Below, in pieces: positions 17,726 to 27,651 of a DNA stretch of 64,000 nucleotides. The notes under the pieces were generated by a model, which saw nothing but the letters and a program-made list of their open reading frames with translations, had not been told where the DNA came from and did not search any database. The DNA comes from Sphingomonadales bacterium (GTDB lineage Bacteria; Pseudomonadota; Alphaproteobacteria; Sphingomonadales; Sphingomonadaceae). Each line of letters begins with the position of its first letter. Position 1 is the first letter of the stretch. A program made the translations under genes and the position numbers. The DNA lies in contig JANOAJ010000069.1 in assembly GCA_031411035.1 (NCBI GenBank), forward strand, positions 16,185 through 80,184. The letters run 5' to 3'.

Positions 17726-18865
17726 GCCAGTTTCACGTACGCCATGTTCGTCGAAGCTCTTTTCCACCGGCACGATGACGCTGGGCGGCGCAATGCCTTC
17801 AGCCGTCGCCCGCTCGATATTGAAGACAAAGGCCAGAATGGTGGCAACGGCAATGTAGAGATCCTCGGCAACGGGCTGTCCCGAGCGGGCGGTGAAGTAA
17901 ATGGCACGGGCGAGTTTGGGATATTCAAGCGTGGGCACTTTCTTTTCTTTGGCCAGCGCCTTGATGGCCTGGGCGGTTTCCCCGCGTCCGCGCGCCACCA
18001 CGACGGGTGCGAAATCCTTGCCGGGAACGTAGCGAAGCGCCACGGCAAAATGGGTCGGGTTGGTCAGGATCACGCTGGCTTCAGCCACTGCCTTGCGCGC
18101 CGAACCCGCGAGCATCGCGTGCTGTTTCTGACGCACAGCCTGCTTGACCTCGGGCGAACCTTCGGTCTGGCGCATTTCCTCTTTCACTTCCTGCTTGGTC
18201 ATCCGCAGCCGCGCGTTGCGCCGCACCAGTTGGATCGGCACATCAATACCCGCGATCACCCCAAGGCCCAGGGCCAGGAACAGAACCGTGTGAGTCAGCC
18301 GGTTTCCCAATGTTCCCGTCGCCGCAGTGATATCGCTTGAACCAAGGCCGAAGATCATCGGCAGATCGCGCGAGACGAGCCAGTATCCGGCTGCACCAAG
18401 GATGATTGCCTTGGTCAGCGATTTGCCAAGCTCCACCAGGCCCTGTGTGCCAAACACGCGGGCAATCCCCGACATGGGGTTGATCCGGCTGGCCTTGAAG
18501 CCGAGGCTTCCGGAGCGGAACCCTGCAGACCCGAGCATGGCCGGCCCGGCAACTGCCCCCAGAATGCAGATAAGGAACAGGCTGGCGAGAGGCCAGACTC
18601 CTTCCATCACCAGCCGGGTCGTGGTTGTCGCAGGGTCAAAATCCATGATCTCCTGCCGGTTCAGCGTGAGGCCCTCTTGCAGCAGGGTGCGGCAGGATGT
18701 GACAAACCACGGGCCGGCCAGCATCAGCCACGCCGCCCCGCAAATCATGATGAGGGCCGTGCCAAGTTCCCGCGACTGAAGGATATCCCCTTCGCGTGCG
18801 GCATCCTGTTTGCGCTTCTGTGTTGGCGCTTCCGTCTTCTGATCGCGATCCGCTGTATCCGCCAT
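17723..18865 (-). CDS. flhB: Export substrate-switch protein FlhB
   Basis: KTEAPTQKRK; MTKQEVKEEMRQTEGSPEVK; NPTH autocleavage motif. Confidence 0.97.
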   Translation of the reverse strand: MADTADRDQKTEAPTQKRKQDAAREGDILQSRELGTALIMICGAAWLMLAGPWFVTSCRTLLQEGLTLNRQEIMDFDPATTTTRLVMEGVWPLASLFLICILGAVAGPAMLGSAGFRSGSLGFKASRINPMSGIARVFGTQGLVELGKSLTKAIILGAAGYWLVSRDLPMIFGLGSSDITAATGTLGNRLTHTVLFLALGLGVIAGIDVPIQLVRRNARLRMTKQEVKEEMRQTEGSPEVKQAVRQKQHAMLAGSARKAVAEASVILTNPTHFAVALRYVPGKDFAPVVVARGRGETAQAIKALAKEKKVPTLEYPKLARAIYFTARSGQPVAEDLYIAVATILAFVFNIERATAEGIAPPSVIVPVEKSFDEHGVRETG

Positions 18866-19647
18866 CAGTGGCCTCCTGCGATCAGACCGGCCTGATCAAG
18901 CCCGGCCCGGATGGCGACGGAAATGGAGTCTCCCATCACTGGTGCGGCAATGGCGAGCAGGACGATCCCGGCCATCAGCGTGGCGGGAAGACCCACCGCG
19001 AACAGATTGAGCGAAGGTGTGGAACGCCCAATTACTGCCATGATGACTTGCACCAGCACCATCGCAAAGCCAACGGGCAGGGCCACGGAAAGGCCCGCCG
19101 AAAATACCAGACCCCCAAACTGCGCCATACCACCCAGTGCCTTGGCGGACATCCAGGCTTCCCCCGGCGGCATCGCACGGAAGCTTTCGATAATGATCGA
19201 GGCAAGGATCAGATGCCCCCCCATAGAGAGGAACAAGAACGTGCCGAGCATTGAAAGCAGTTGTCCGATGGCAGCAGATGACTGGCCGCCCATCGGATCG
19301 TTCATCGAAGCAAAGCCAAGGCCCATTGCGTTGCTGACAGCCTCTCCCCCCACAAGCGCTGCTGCAAAGCCGATCTGGACAGCAAAGCCCATCGCCAGCC
19401 CAAGCAGCACTTCGGAAATGATCATCATGATCCCTGCGACGGAGACAAATCCGTCCGCAGGCAATGTCAGCCCGGAGATTGACGCCGCAGGCACCCCGAT
19501 AGCGAGCGCGATAACGAGACGAAGCTGGACAGGCACGCTGGGCGCGCCGAACACGGGCGCTGCCATAAAAGCCGCTCCCGGCCGGATCGCCGCAAGAAGC
19601 CAGAGCAGCAATTGCGACTCGATCCCCCGAAACCCTTCTGGAATCAA
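18865..19647 (-). CDS. fliR: Export gate FliR
   Basis: Polytopic membrane protein; APVFG, MGLGFASMNDP, PSLNLFAVGLP. Confidence 0.95.
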   Translation of the reverse strand: MIPEGFRGIESQLLLWLLAAIRPGAAFMAAPVFGAPSVPVQLRLVIALAIGVPAASISGLTLPADGFVSVAGIMMIISEVLLGLAMGFAVQIGFAAALVGGEAVSNAMGLGFASMNDPMGGQSSAAIGQLLSMLGTFLFLSMGGHLILASIIIESFRAMPPGEAWMSAKALGGMAQFGGLVFSAGLSVALPVGFAMVLVQVIMAVIGRSTPSLNLFAVGLPATLMAGIVLLAIAAPVMGDSISVAIRAGLDQAGLIAGGH

Positions 19648-19913
19648 CGCACCAGATCCGGGATGCGCGCATACATATCATGCGTGAAATCCACGAGCAG
19701 CACCATGATGCTGCCCCCGAAAACAGCGAGGCAAATCGCAACAACAATCAGCTTTGGCACAAAGCTGAGCGTGGCTTCGTTGATTGAGGTCGCGGCTTGC
19801 ACCATTCCCAGCAGCACACCCACCAGAAGTGCGGGGATCAGGATCGGTGCCGAACCAAGCGCCAATATCCACAGCGCCTGCTGCGCAACGCCGATGAAAT
19901 AATCACTGTCCAT
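19644..19913 (-). CDS. fliQ: Export gate FliQ
   Basis: QAATSINEATLSFVPKL. Confidence 0.95.
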   Translation of the reverse strand: MDSDYFIGVAQQALWILALGSAPILIPALLVGVLLGMVQAATSINEATLSFVPKLIVVAICLAVFGGSIMVLLVDFTHDMYARIPDLVR

Positions 19914-19914
19914 G

Positions 19915-20652
19915 TCAGGTGCCAAACGAACTGGCGAGCGAGCCCATTGTCAGCGCCCAGCCATCGACCAGGACAAACAACAGGAGCTTGAACGGCATCG
20001 AAATGATCGAGGGCGAGAGCATCATCATGCCCAGAGACATGAGCGCCGACGCAACGATCAGATCGATGATCAGGAACGGCAGGAAGATCAGAAAGCCGAT
20101 CTGGAAAGCTGTTTTCAATTCGCTGGTGACGAAAGACGGAAGCAGAATGGAAAAGGGGACATCCGCTTCGGTCGCGAATTTGGGGGCTTTGGCGATATTG
20201 GAAAACAGCGCGAGATCGCTCTTGCGGGTCTGCTTGATCATGAAGCCGTGCAATGCGGTACCGGAACGGCTGACCGCTTCCTCTATGCTGATCTGTTTCT
20301 GCCCGTAAGGCTCGATTGCGGTCGCATTTATCTGCGAAATCACGGGCTGCATGACGAACAGCGACAGGAACAGGCTGAGCCCGACCAGCACCTGGTTGGG
20401 CGGTGTCTGCTGCAAGCCCAGCGCCTGACGCAGGATGGAAAGGACGATGATGATCCGGGTAAAGCTTGTCATCATCAGGATCAGCGACGGCAGAACCGCC
20501 AGCAGACTCATCAGGACAAGGATTTGCAGCGAAAGCGAAAGCGGCTGGCCCTGCCCCGCAATATCGCCCATCGCCCGTTCCAGCCCGCTTCCCTGCGCGA
20601 AGGCAGGCGTCGCGATCAGCAACGCGGCAAGCGTAATCGCGCGCTTAACCAT
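19915..20652 (-). CDS. fliP: Export gate FliP
   Basis: [30 protein letters not shown]; [17 protein letters not shown]; [13 protein letters not shown]. Confidence 0.97.
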   Translation of the reverse strand: MVKRAITLAALLIATPAFAQGSGLERAMGDIAGQGQPLSLSLQILVLMSLLAVLPSLILMMTSFTRIIIVLSILRQALGLQQTPPNQVLVGLSLFLSLFVMQPVISQINATAIEPYGQKQISIEEAVSRSGTALHGFMIKQTRKSDLALFSNIAKAPKFATEADVPFSILLPSFVTSELKTAFQIGFLIFLPFLIIDLIVASALMSLGMMMLSPSIISMPFKLLLFVLVDGWALTMGSLASSFGT

Positions 20653-20911
20653 CGGCCAACACCCCGCCATCGGCAATCAGGCTGATCTGCGAACGCGACA
20701 CCGCGATAAGCAGTTCACGCCCGCCAAATTCTACCACCGCCAGCTTGCCGCTGGTGCCGAGCGGAACGACATCAATCATTCGGGCCGCACGCTGGGTATT
20801 GCCGGTTGAAGGCATCCCCAATTGCGTCCGCCGCCACAGCCAGAGCGACGCCCATGCCAACGCCCCGACGAAGGGAATGAGGATCAACAGGCGCAGGATA
20901 TATTCCAGCAT
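20645..20911 (-). CDS. fliO: FliO
   Basis: One TM then [26 protein letters not shown]; lies between fliN and fliP. Confidence 0.85.
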   Translation of the reverse strand: MLEYILRLLILIPFVGALAWASLWLWRRTQLGMPSTGNTQRAARMIDVVPLGTSGKLAVVEFGGRELLIAVSRSQISLIADGGVLADG

Positions 20912-21240
20912 CAGGCTCTCCTCTCGATGCCGTTGAGGCGACGGTCAGGTGCCACCACGTCAACAATCCGGATGCCGTAACGCCCTTCGACGTTGACGAT
21001 CTCTCCCTTCGCGATCAGCGTACCGTTCGCGAAAATATCAAGCAGATCATTGGCCTGACGATCCAGTTCCACGACACTGCCTTCGCGCAGGTTCAGCAAT
21101 TCGGACAGGCGCAGCGAGGCGGAGCCGACTTCCACGGAAACCCGCAACGACACGCCGGACAGAAGGTCGATATTGCTTTCGGGATGCGGCGAAACCATGC
21201 TGCCGCCATTGGTTCTGGTAGCTTCGGCTAGGTCAGTCAT
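20911..21240 (-). CDS. fliN: Switch protein FliN
   Basis: SpoA domain VSVEVGSASLRLSELLNLREGSVVELDR...GEIV...YGIRI; start trimmed to ATG 21240. Confidence 0.95.
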   Translation of the reverse strand: MTDLAEATRTNGGSMVSPHPESNIDLLSGVSLRVSVEVGSASLRLSELLNLREGSVVELDRQANDLLDIFANGTLIAKGEIVNVEGRYGIRIVDVVAPDRRLNGIERRA

Positions 21241-22132
21241 GGACAAATGTTCCTTCTTCCAGTTTTTCGATACGAATGGAGGCGCGGCCATTGGATTCGC
21301 CGACCGTGCCTTCGGCAAAATTGCGGCCGCCGATGGTCACCGGCACACGCGTGGGCAGGCAGATCGGAATTGTGTCCCCCGCCTTGAGGGAGAGGAGCCG
21401 GGTCAGCGGCAGCTCTGTGCGGGCAAAGATCGTCCGGACGGGAAGGCGCACCTGAAGCACGGCATCCTGCACCCGGTTCCGCCACAGCACGTCCACGCTG
21501 GGCGTTTCCTCCTGGCCTGACGGATCAGACAATCCCTTGACCGGGCGGAGGGATGCCTCCCCATAGACAAACTCGATCACCGCATTGCCAAAAGGCGCGC
21601 CGGTGAGGGTGAGCGCCTGCACCACCACGAGTTCGTCATCCTTGACGAGGGAAAGATGGGCTGTTTCCGTCTCGATCCCCAGAAGCGATGGCGTTAGCTG
21701 GCAATTGTCTGCCCAGGCGGCAGTGATCACTTCGATCAGCATTTCGCCCATCCGCTCAAGGAAGCGCTGCTCTCCCTTCGACAGTTCGCCCCGGTCAAAC
21801 GCAACCTCACCGGCACCGCCGTAAAAGCAGTCCACCAACTGGGCGACAAGCTTTGGCGGGATCACTGCAAGTGCCGCGCCTTTCAGAGGCGCGATGCCGA
21901 AGCGGCAGGCCGCTGTGAGCGGTGCCTGTTCCGCCCGCCATTCCCGGAAGGTCATGATGCGGGCAGGCTGAGCGGCGACAGTCGGAAACGCGGGCGAGAC
22001 ATTGGTGATCAGCATCCGCACGCCGCGCGCCATGCGTTCCCCCACGCGCGCCATGCCGGGATGCCCCTGCGGGGCCTTTGCCTCACGCACCAGCGATGCC
22101 GGTCTGCTGCCCTCTGTGGCGGGTTTGGCCAT
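21233..22132 (-). CDS. fliM: Switch protein FliM (lacks the N-terminal CheY-P binding motif)
   Basis: LVDCFYGGAG middle domain plus C-terminal SpoA; lies between fliL and fliN. Confidence 0.88.
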   Translation of the reverse strand: MAKPATEGSRPASLVREAKAPQGHPGMARVGERMARGVRMLITNVSPAFPTVAAQPARIMTFREWRAEQAPLTAACRFGIAPLKGAALAVIPPKLVAQLVDCFYGGAGEVAFDRGELSKGEQRFLERMGEMLIEVITAAWADNCQLTPSLLGIETETAHLSLVKDDELVVVQALTLTGAPFGNAVIEFVYGEASLRPVKGLSDPSGQEETPSVDVLWRNRVQDAVLQVRLPVRTIFARTELPLTRLLSLKAGDTIPICLPTRVPVTIGGRNFAEGTVGESNGRASIRIEKLEEGTFVHD

Positions 22133-22755
22133 TACTGGATCACCAGCGACGTGAAATAGACATTGTCTATGCCGCCAAAGCCTTCATGTTCGCGCAGCAC
22201 CTGATTGATGGCGCGGGTCAACTGGCGTTGGAGAAGCTCCTTGCCCTGCGGCGTGGAGAGCACAGCCGCTTCCTGATCGGACAGGACAAGGAGTATGGCC
22301 GAACGGATGGGCACCGACTGACGCTTGAGGTTCGCGATAACCTTGCCGTCATAATAGGTCGCAAGGCTGAGACCAACCTGAACAAAGCCGCTGCCATCGG
22401 CCAGATTGGCCGTAAAGCTTTGCTCGATCGGGAAATAGGTCACGTCGAACTTCTTCGGATTGACGGGCGTCGTGTCACTGGCGACGGATACCGTGCCCAC
22501 TTTGGGCTTGGCTTCCGCGCCTTCGCCATGTTCCCCGCCCCCTTCTTCGACAGCTTCTTCGTTGCGTTCCACCAGCTTGGGGCGGTTGGGATCTTCATGA
22601 CCGGGCTTTTCGCCAGCCATGCCGGCCCCCACGGCATAGACGCCAACGCCCGCGCCGGCACCAATCAGCACCAGGCCGGATACGCCGATCATCAGCATCT
22701 TCTTCATCTTGCCGCTTTTGGGTTTCCCCTCAGCCTTGACTGCATCTTTGCTCAT
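22132..22755 (-). CDS. fliL: FliL
   Basis: N-terminal TM; FTANLADG; IRSAIL; GKELLQ; VYFTSLVIQ. Confidence 0.93.
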   Translation of the reverse strand: MSKDAVKAEGKPKSGKMKKMLMIGVSGLVLIGAGAGVGVYAVGAGMAGEKPGHEDPNRPKLVERNEEAVEEGGGEHGEGAEAKPKVGTVSVASDTTPVNPKKFDVTYFPIEQSFTANLADGSGFVQVGLSLATYYDGKVIANLKRQSVPIRSAILLVLSDQEAAVLSTPQGKELLQRQLTRAINQVLREHEGFGGIDNVYFTSLVIQ

Positions 22756-22775
22756 CTGTGTCTCGCTTTCTGGAC

Positions 22776-24251
22776 TCAGGCGAAGCGCCCTGAACGGCGC
22801 TCTTCCTCTGGGGTTTGTGAATGGACGGGCGCGTCACGCGCGAATTCGATCTGCGGTTCCCACTGGTGTGTGGCCGACCGGTTCTGTTGCTGGTCAGCGC
22901 CGCCCGAAGAGACGCGCGCATCCGCCACGCGCACGCCCTGCGCCCTGATATCCTCAACGAGACGCGGCTGCGCGTCAGACAGGATGGCCCGGGCATCTTC
23001 ATGAACAGCATTCATGCTGATCGAAAGGCCGGCATCGCTGTGGCTCAGCTCAACATCAAGCTGACCCAGCGTTCGGGGCATCAGCCGGAAGGAGAGCCGG
23101 TTGTCCCGCTGGCCGACAGAGACGATATCGCTCGCCAATTGTTGCAGCCACTGATCACCACGCGCCAGATCCAGCGCGCGCTGATCGATGTTGGGCGCAG
23201 CGGCTTCGGCGGGCCGGACCGGCGCGCTTGCAACCTGCGTAACGCTTGGCTGGGCTGCATCAGCGCCGGGCAGGACGAACGCCGCCTGTCCGGCCTTCAG
23301 CTTGTGCGGGGCTGTGGCGGACACCACCAGTTGCGCCTCCGTGCTGGCAGCCGCTTCTGATGCGCGTGCGCGGGACAGGCCAGGCGGGTTCGTCTGATCC
23401 GCGCCGGAACGGACAGGTGCCTGCGCGGGAAGTGAAAGGGCAGCTTTCGCCGAGGCTTCGGGCAGCGGCGCATTGAGCGGCGCAGGCGCAGCAGCCATCG
23501 CAGCCGGGAGCGGAATGATCACCTCCGGCAGCACCGGCATTGGCGCTGGTTCCGCTGGAGGAGACATTGTGTCAGCGGGCGTGCCCGCATCGGCAGTTGG
23601 CTTGGTGGTCTGCGGCGTGTCCGGCGCGCCACTCCGACTGGTGCGGACAGCAAGCGGCTTGGGCCGGGGCAGATCGCGCGCCGCCATGCTGGAGCGCACT
23701 GCCCCGTCAGCAGCCTCAATGGCTTCTGGTTCGGCTTCGTCCGTTGCGGTGACGCCCTGCTCCCCGGCGGTCACCAGCGCCGGAAGTGCCGGTTCAGCGG
23801 CAGCAACCGGCGATGGTGCCACACCACCGGCAGGCAAGGTCGGCGACGGGGATGACAAGGCGACGGGGGCATTTGTTTCGAGCGGTACGGCTTCGGCAAT
23901 CGCGTCATCGGCGGACGGAGCCGGCAGAGCTTTCGCGGAAACTGGCACAGGCTGCGCCAGGGCAAAGCGCGCCGCCGTCAACGCCGCACGGCTTTCAGGC
24001 ATGGCTGACAATATCTGTTCGGCCATTTTCAGCGGCTTTGGCAGGGCAGTGCCGATCGACAATTTCTGCGCGGGCATGGCCAGCGCGACATCGCCCTGCA
24101 CCGGCAAGGCATCCCCGCTTTGCGGCGCGACAGGCTGTGCCGAAGCCAGCAGCGCATCAAAGCTGGCCGGGGCAGATCCGCCAGGTGCCACGATCGGCGA
24201 AGCCAGCATCCCGAGCGCCGGGAGCGGAAGGCTATTCATCGAGCCGATCAT
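22776..24251 (-). CDS. fliK: Hook-length control protein FliK
   Basis: Ala/Pro-rich body with C-terminal FRLMPRTLGQLDVEL (T3S4 domain). Confidence 0.88.
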   Translation of the reverse strand: MIGSMNSLPLPALGMLASPIVAPGGSAPASFDALLASAQPVAPQSGDALPVQGDVALAMPAQKLSIGTALPKPLKMAEQILSAMPESRAALTAARFALAQPVPVSAKALPAPSADDAIAEAVPLETNAPVALSSPSPTLPAGGVAPSPVAAAEPALPALVTAGEQGVTATDEAEPEAIEAADGAVRSSMAARDLPRPKPLAVRTSRSGAPDTPQTTKPTADAGTPADTMSPPAEPAPMPVLPEVIIPLPAAMAAAPAPLNAPLPEASAKAALSLPAQAPVRSGADQTNPPGLSRARASEAAASTEAQLVVSATAPHKLKAGQAAFVLPGADAAQPSVTQVASAPVRPAEAAAPNIDQRALDLARGDQWLQQLASDIVSVGQRDNRLSFRLMPRTLGQLDVELSHSDAGLSISMNAVHEDARAILSDAQPRLVEDIRAQGVRVADARVSSGGADQQQNRSATHQWEPQIEFARDAPVHSQTPEEERRSGRFA

Positions 24252-24679
24252 TGTCCGTATCCCATCAGAGGTTTGCGCTTGCGGTATGGCGTGGCGGCGA
24301 GCGCGCGGACTTCACGGTTTTCGTTTTCCTCGCGGAAAGCCCGTTCGTGGAGCTTTCCTGCACTTTCTTCGCGCTGCCGGGCCTTCATGCGTTCGCCGCT
24401 CACCCGCGCCCGCGCCCGCTCTGCATCGTCCGTGGGCGTAACCAGGCTGACCGTGGCAGCTTCGAGCCGCTGGGACATTTCCGCCATCGCGCTGAGCGCC
24501 AGCCCCGATGTCTGGCCGGACGTTGTCGTAAGGCTGCGCCGCAGTGCGGCCAGCCGGCTGGCAATGCGGTCAAGATTGGCAACAGCCGCATCTGCCTGCG
24601 CCAGCCGCGCCGCAGCGATCCGGTGTTCAATGGCGCGCACCCGCAATATCCGTGCGCGACGCTGTGCAAGCGCGCTCAT
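24248..24679 (-). CDS. fliJ: FliJ-like export chaperone
   Basis: 143-aa coiled coil between fliI and fliK with overlapping start/stop codons. Confidence 0.65.
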   Translation of the reverse strand: MSALAQRRARILRVRAIEHRIAAARLAQADAAVANLDRIASRLAALRRSLTTTSGQTSGLALSAMAEMSQRLEAATVSLVTPTDDAERARARVSGERMKARQREESAGKLHERAFREENENREVRALAATPYRKRKPLMGYGQ

Positions 24680-26010
24680 TGCCCGAACTCCTCGATCAGG
24701 CGCGCACGGGATTGTTTGAATCCGATTGTTTCGGCCGCATTCTGCTTCAGCATGCCCAGCATCCGCTCACGAAAGGCAATCGCCTGATCAAGAACCGCGT
24801 CATTGCCCGGCACATAGGCCCCAAGCAGCAGCAGATCCCGGTTCTCCTCGTAAGCTGACCAAAGCTGGCGGAAGCGGGCAGCGGCAGCCGCATGTTCATC
24901 ATCGATCACATCCGCCATTGTTCGCGAAAGCGATTTGGCAACGTCGATCGCCGGGAAGACGCCCTGTTCCGAAAGCGAACGGGAAAGGATAATGTGTCCG
25001 TCCACGATCGCCCGGGCCGAATCCACAACCGGATCCTCGGTATCGCCGCCATCGGCGAGCACCGTATAGGCTGCCGTGATCGAACCGCCCGTATGGCGAT
25101 CAACCCCGGCCCGTTCGACGATCCTGGGGATGAGGCCGAGGGCCGAAGGCGGATACCCCTTCAGCGTGGGTGGTTCTCCCAATGAAAGGCCGATCTCGCG
25201 CTGGGCATGGGCCACGCGCGTCAGGCTGTCGATCAGCAGGAATACCCGCTTGCCTTCATTGCGAAAGAATTCGGCAATGGCAGTGGCCCGCATTGCTGCG
25301 CGCAGCCGGAGATGCGGCGGATGATCGGCAGGCACAGCCACAACGACGGAGCGGGGACGGATCGCTGGCGTCAGCTTGGTTTCGACGAAATCGCTCACTT
25401 CGCGGCTGCGTTCACCGACAAGGCCAATCACGAATACGTCGCAATCCGCGCCTGCCAGCATCTGCCCCATCAGCACCGATTTGCCGACGCCAGAACCTGC
25501 CACAATGGCGATACGTTGGCCTTCGCCAACGGTGAGAAGCGCATTGATGCTACGCACGCCAATATCGAGCGGGCGGACAACGCGCCCGCGGTGCAGCGGA
25601 TTGGTTCTGCGGCCAGCCAGCGGCCAGGAAAAGCGGCTGACAATCGGTCCCCGGCCATCAAGCGGATCGCCATGGGCATCAACCACACGGCCCAGCAGAG
25701 CCGCACCGCAGACGACCACACCCCCAGCGCCATCCGGTTCTACGCGGCTTCCCGCGGCAAAAGGCGCATCATTGTCAAACGGCAGGATCAGGCTCAGATT
25801 GCCGCGAAAGCCGACGACTTCGCCGCGCACGGTTTCGCCATTGGGTGTGCGGATCCGGGCCGTGGCCCCCATCGGACGGGCGAGGCCCTCCACTTCCAGC
25901 ATGACGCCTTCATGCGCGACGAGCGTGCCCACGCGCCGGGGAGACGCCGCCGAAATCTCGACATGATCCAGCAGCATGTCAGCAGATCGCATCAGTCTTC
26001 CCGGCGTCAT
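24676..26010 (-). CDS. fliI: Export ATPase FliI
   Basis: AGSGVGKS, VGERSREV, DSLTRVAHAQREIGL; start trimmed to ATG 26010. Confidence 0.96.
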   Translation of the reverse strand: MTPGRLMRSADMLLDHVEISAASPRRVGTLVAHEGVMLEVEGLARPMGATARIRTPNGETVRGEVVGFRGNLSLILPFDNDAPFAAGSRVEPDGAGGVVVCGAALLGRVVDAHGDPLDGRGPIVSRFSWPLAGRRTNPLHRGRVVRPLDIGVRSINALLTVGEGQRIAIVAGSGVGKSVLMGQMLAGADCDVFVIGLVGERSREVSDFVETKLTPAIRPRSVVVAVPADHPPHLRLRAAMRATAIAEFFRNEGKRVFLLIDSLTRVAHAQREIGLSLGEPPTLKGYPPSALGLIPRIVERAGVDRHTGGSITAAYTVLADGGDTEDPVVDSARAIVDGHIILSRSLSEQGVFPAIDVAKSLSRTMADVIDDEHAAAAARFRQLWSAYEENRDLLLLGAYVPGNDAVLDQAIAFRERMLGMLKQNAAETIGFKQSRARLIEEFGQ

Positions 26011-26609
26011 CGTGTATCCTTCAGGCCCAGTTCGACGCGCAGGGCGTCCAGATAAAGTGCGGTGCCCGCTTCGATCCAGCCTGCCGAACAGTCGATCCGG
26101 ATTGATCCGCGTGCCGCCGCATTGTCGGCGCACAGCGCAAGGGGGAGGTCAGCGCCTTCCAGCAGCGCCATATCTTCGGGATTGACCCACATGGTGCGGG
26201 CATTGTCACAATCCCCGACCAGCGCCGCTGCGCGCTGGGCACGCTCGGCAAGCTCTGCCCGGTCCAGTTCCACAGCACCGACAATCTTTGTGACCAGCCC
26301 TTCGACAGTCTCAGCGATCAGGACGGCAAGTTCATCGCTTGGTTCCGGCTGCAGCGCCGCAGCCGCCGCCACCAGTTGCTTCAGGGCCGCGCGTTCAGGC
26401 GCGAAGCGCGCCTCTGCGGCCTTCATCCCGGCATCATACCCAATCGCGAAGATATCGGGCTGGGGTGCGGGTGTATCCGCCGGATCTTCCACATCAGCAG
26501 GGGTTTCCTGCATCGGCGTGTCGGGCTGCAGCGACATCATTGGCCGAAAGCCGGTTTCAACCATCTGGGCGTCCACCACGCTGATGCGTTCGTATGTAGC
26601 GTCAGACAT
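26007..26609 (-). CDS. fliH: FliH
   Basis: GYDAGMKAA; VNPEDMALL; RGSIRIDCSAGWIEAG; lies between fliG and fliI. Confidence 0.85.
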   Translation of the reverse strand: MSDATYERISVVDAQMVETGFRPMMSLQPDTPMQETPADVEDPADTPAPQPDIFAIGYDAGMKAAEARFAPERAALKQLVAAAAALQPEPSDELAVLIAETVEGLVTKIVGAVELDRAELAERAQRAAALVGDCDNARTMWVNPEDMALLEGADLPLALCADNAAARGSIRIDCSAGWIEAGTALYLDALRVELGLKDTR

Positions 26610-27651
26610 AATCGTCTCCGCGTCCGCCAAGGCTGAGCTGGCCTTCTTCGGCCAGTTGGCGCGCGGTCATGATGATGGACTTTTGCGCTTCCTCCACCTC
26701 GGCCCGCTTGGTGGGGCCGCGATCTGCCATATCGTCGCGAATGCCCTGCGCCGCGCGGGAAGACATGCTGCCCAGGGCTTTGTCCACCAGCGGCTGGCTT
26801 GCGCCCTTGAGCGCGAGCGTCAGCACTTCGGAATTGACCGAGCGCAGCAACAGACCCAGGCTCTTGGCATCCAGATCATTGAGGTTTTCGAAGATGAACA
26901 TTTCATCCTCGATGGCCTGGCCCATGACCTTGTCGCGCTTCTTCACGCTTTTCAGGAAGCGATCGCTGCTGGGCTTGGGCATGGCGTTGACGATCTTCGC
27001 GATGTCGCTTTTACCGCCCAGCTTCATCTGGGGTGCCACACCCTTCACATCCGTATAGCGGGCGAAGATGCGTTCGAGATCGGCGATGGCATCGGCGTTC
27101 ACGGTCGTGAGGCACGCCGCCCGGTAAAGCAGATCAGACTGCGTATCATCGGGCAGCCCCTCAAGCGCGCGGGCCGCCACATCGGGCGTCAGAACCGCAA
27201 TGACCAGCGCGGAGACCTGGGGATGCTCTTCCGAAAGAATGCGCGCGATGACCCGCACTTCCATCCAGCGCAATATGTCGAGTGCCGCCGCGCTTGACTG
27301 GGGCGCGATGGATGCAAGGATATTGTCGGCACGGACATTCCCGAGCGCCTGGGTGATCACCTTGCGGATGCGCGGCGCCGCGTTGATGGACAGCGCGGAG
27401 ATATTGCGCGTGCGTTGCAGAAACTGGTCGAGCGCCGATTCCACTTCGCCTTCGCTGGCGTTCGAGGAATCGAACATGGCAGCCCCCAGGGATTTGACTT
27501 CATCGGGTTCCAGCGAACCAAGGATCGTCGCCGCTTCTGTTTCATCAAGCAGCATCAGCAGGATCGCTGCCGCCGTTACACCGCTGACAGTGATGGCGGG
27601 TGTAGCTTCGGACGCGTCATCTTCATCGATCAGGTCAGCAGTATCAGCCAT
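26602..27651 (-). CDS. fliG: Rotor protein FliG
   Basis: AAILLMLL, EEHPQV, MFIFENL, MSSRAA, EVEEAQ. Confidence 0.96.
   Translation of the reverse strand: MADTADLIDEDDASEATPAITVSGVTAAAILLMLLDETEAATILGSLEPDEVKSLGAAMFDSSNASEGEVESALDQFLQRTRNISALSINAAPRIRKVITQALGNVRADNILASIAPQSSAAALDILRWMEVRVIARILSEEHPQVSALVIAVLTPDVAARALEGLPDDTQSDLLYRAACLTTVNADAIADLERIFARYTDVKGVAPQMKLGGKSDIAKIVNAMPKPSSDRFLKSVKKRDKVMGQAIEDEMFIFENLNDLDAKSLGLLLRSVNSEVLTLALKGASQPLVDKALGSMSSRAAQGIRDDMADRGPTKRAEVEEAQKSIIMTARQLAEEGQLSLGGRGDDYV

Noticed and set aside
22776-24251. Low-complexity Ala/Pro region suggesting a novel repeat protein
   Set aside because: Normal for the FliK molecular ruler
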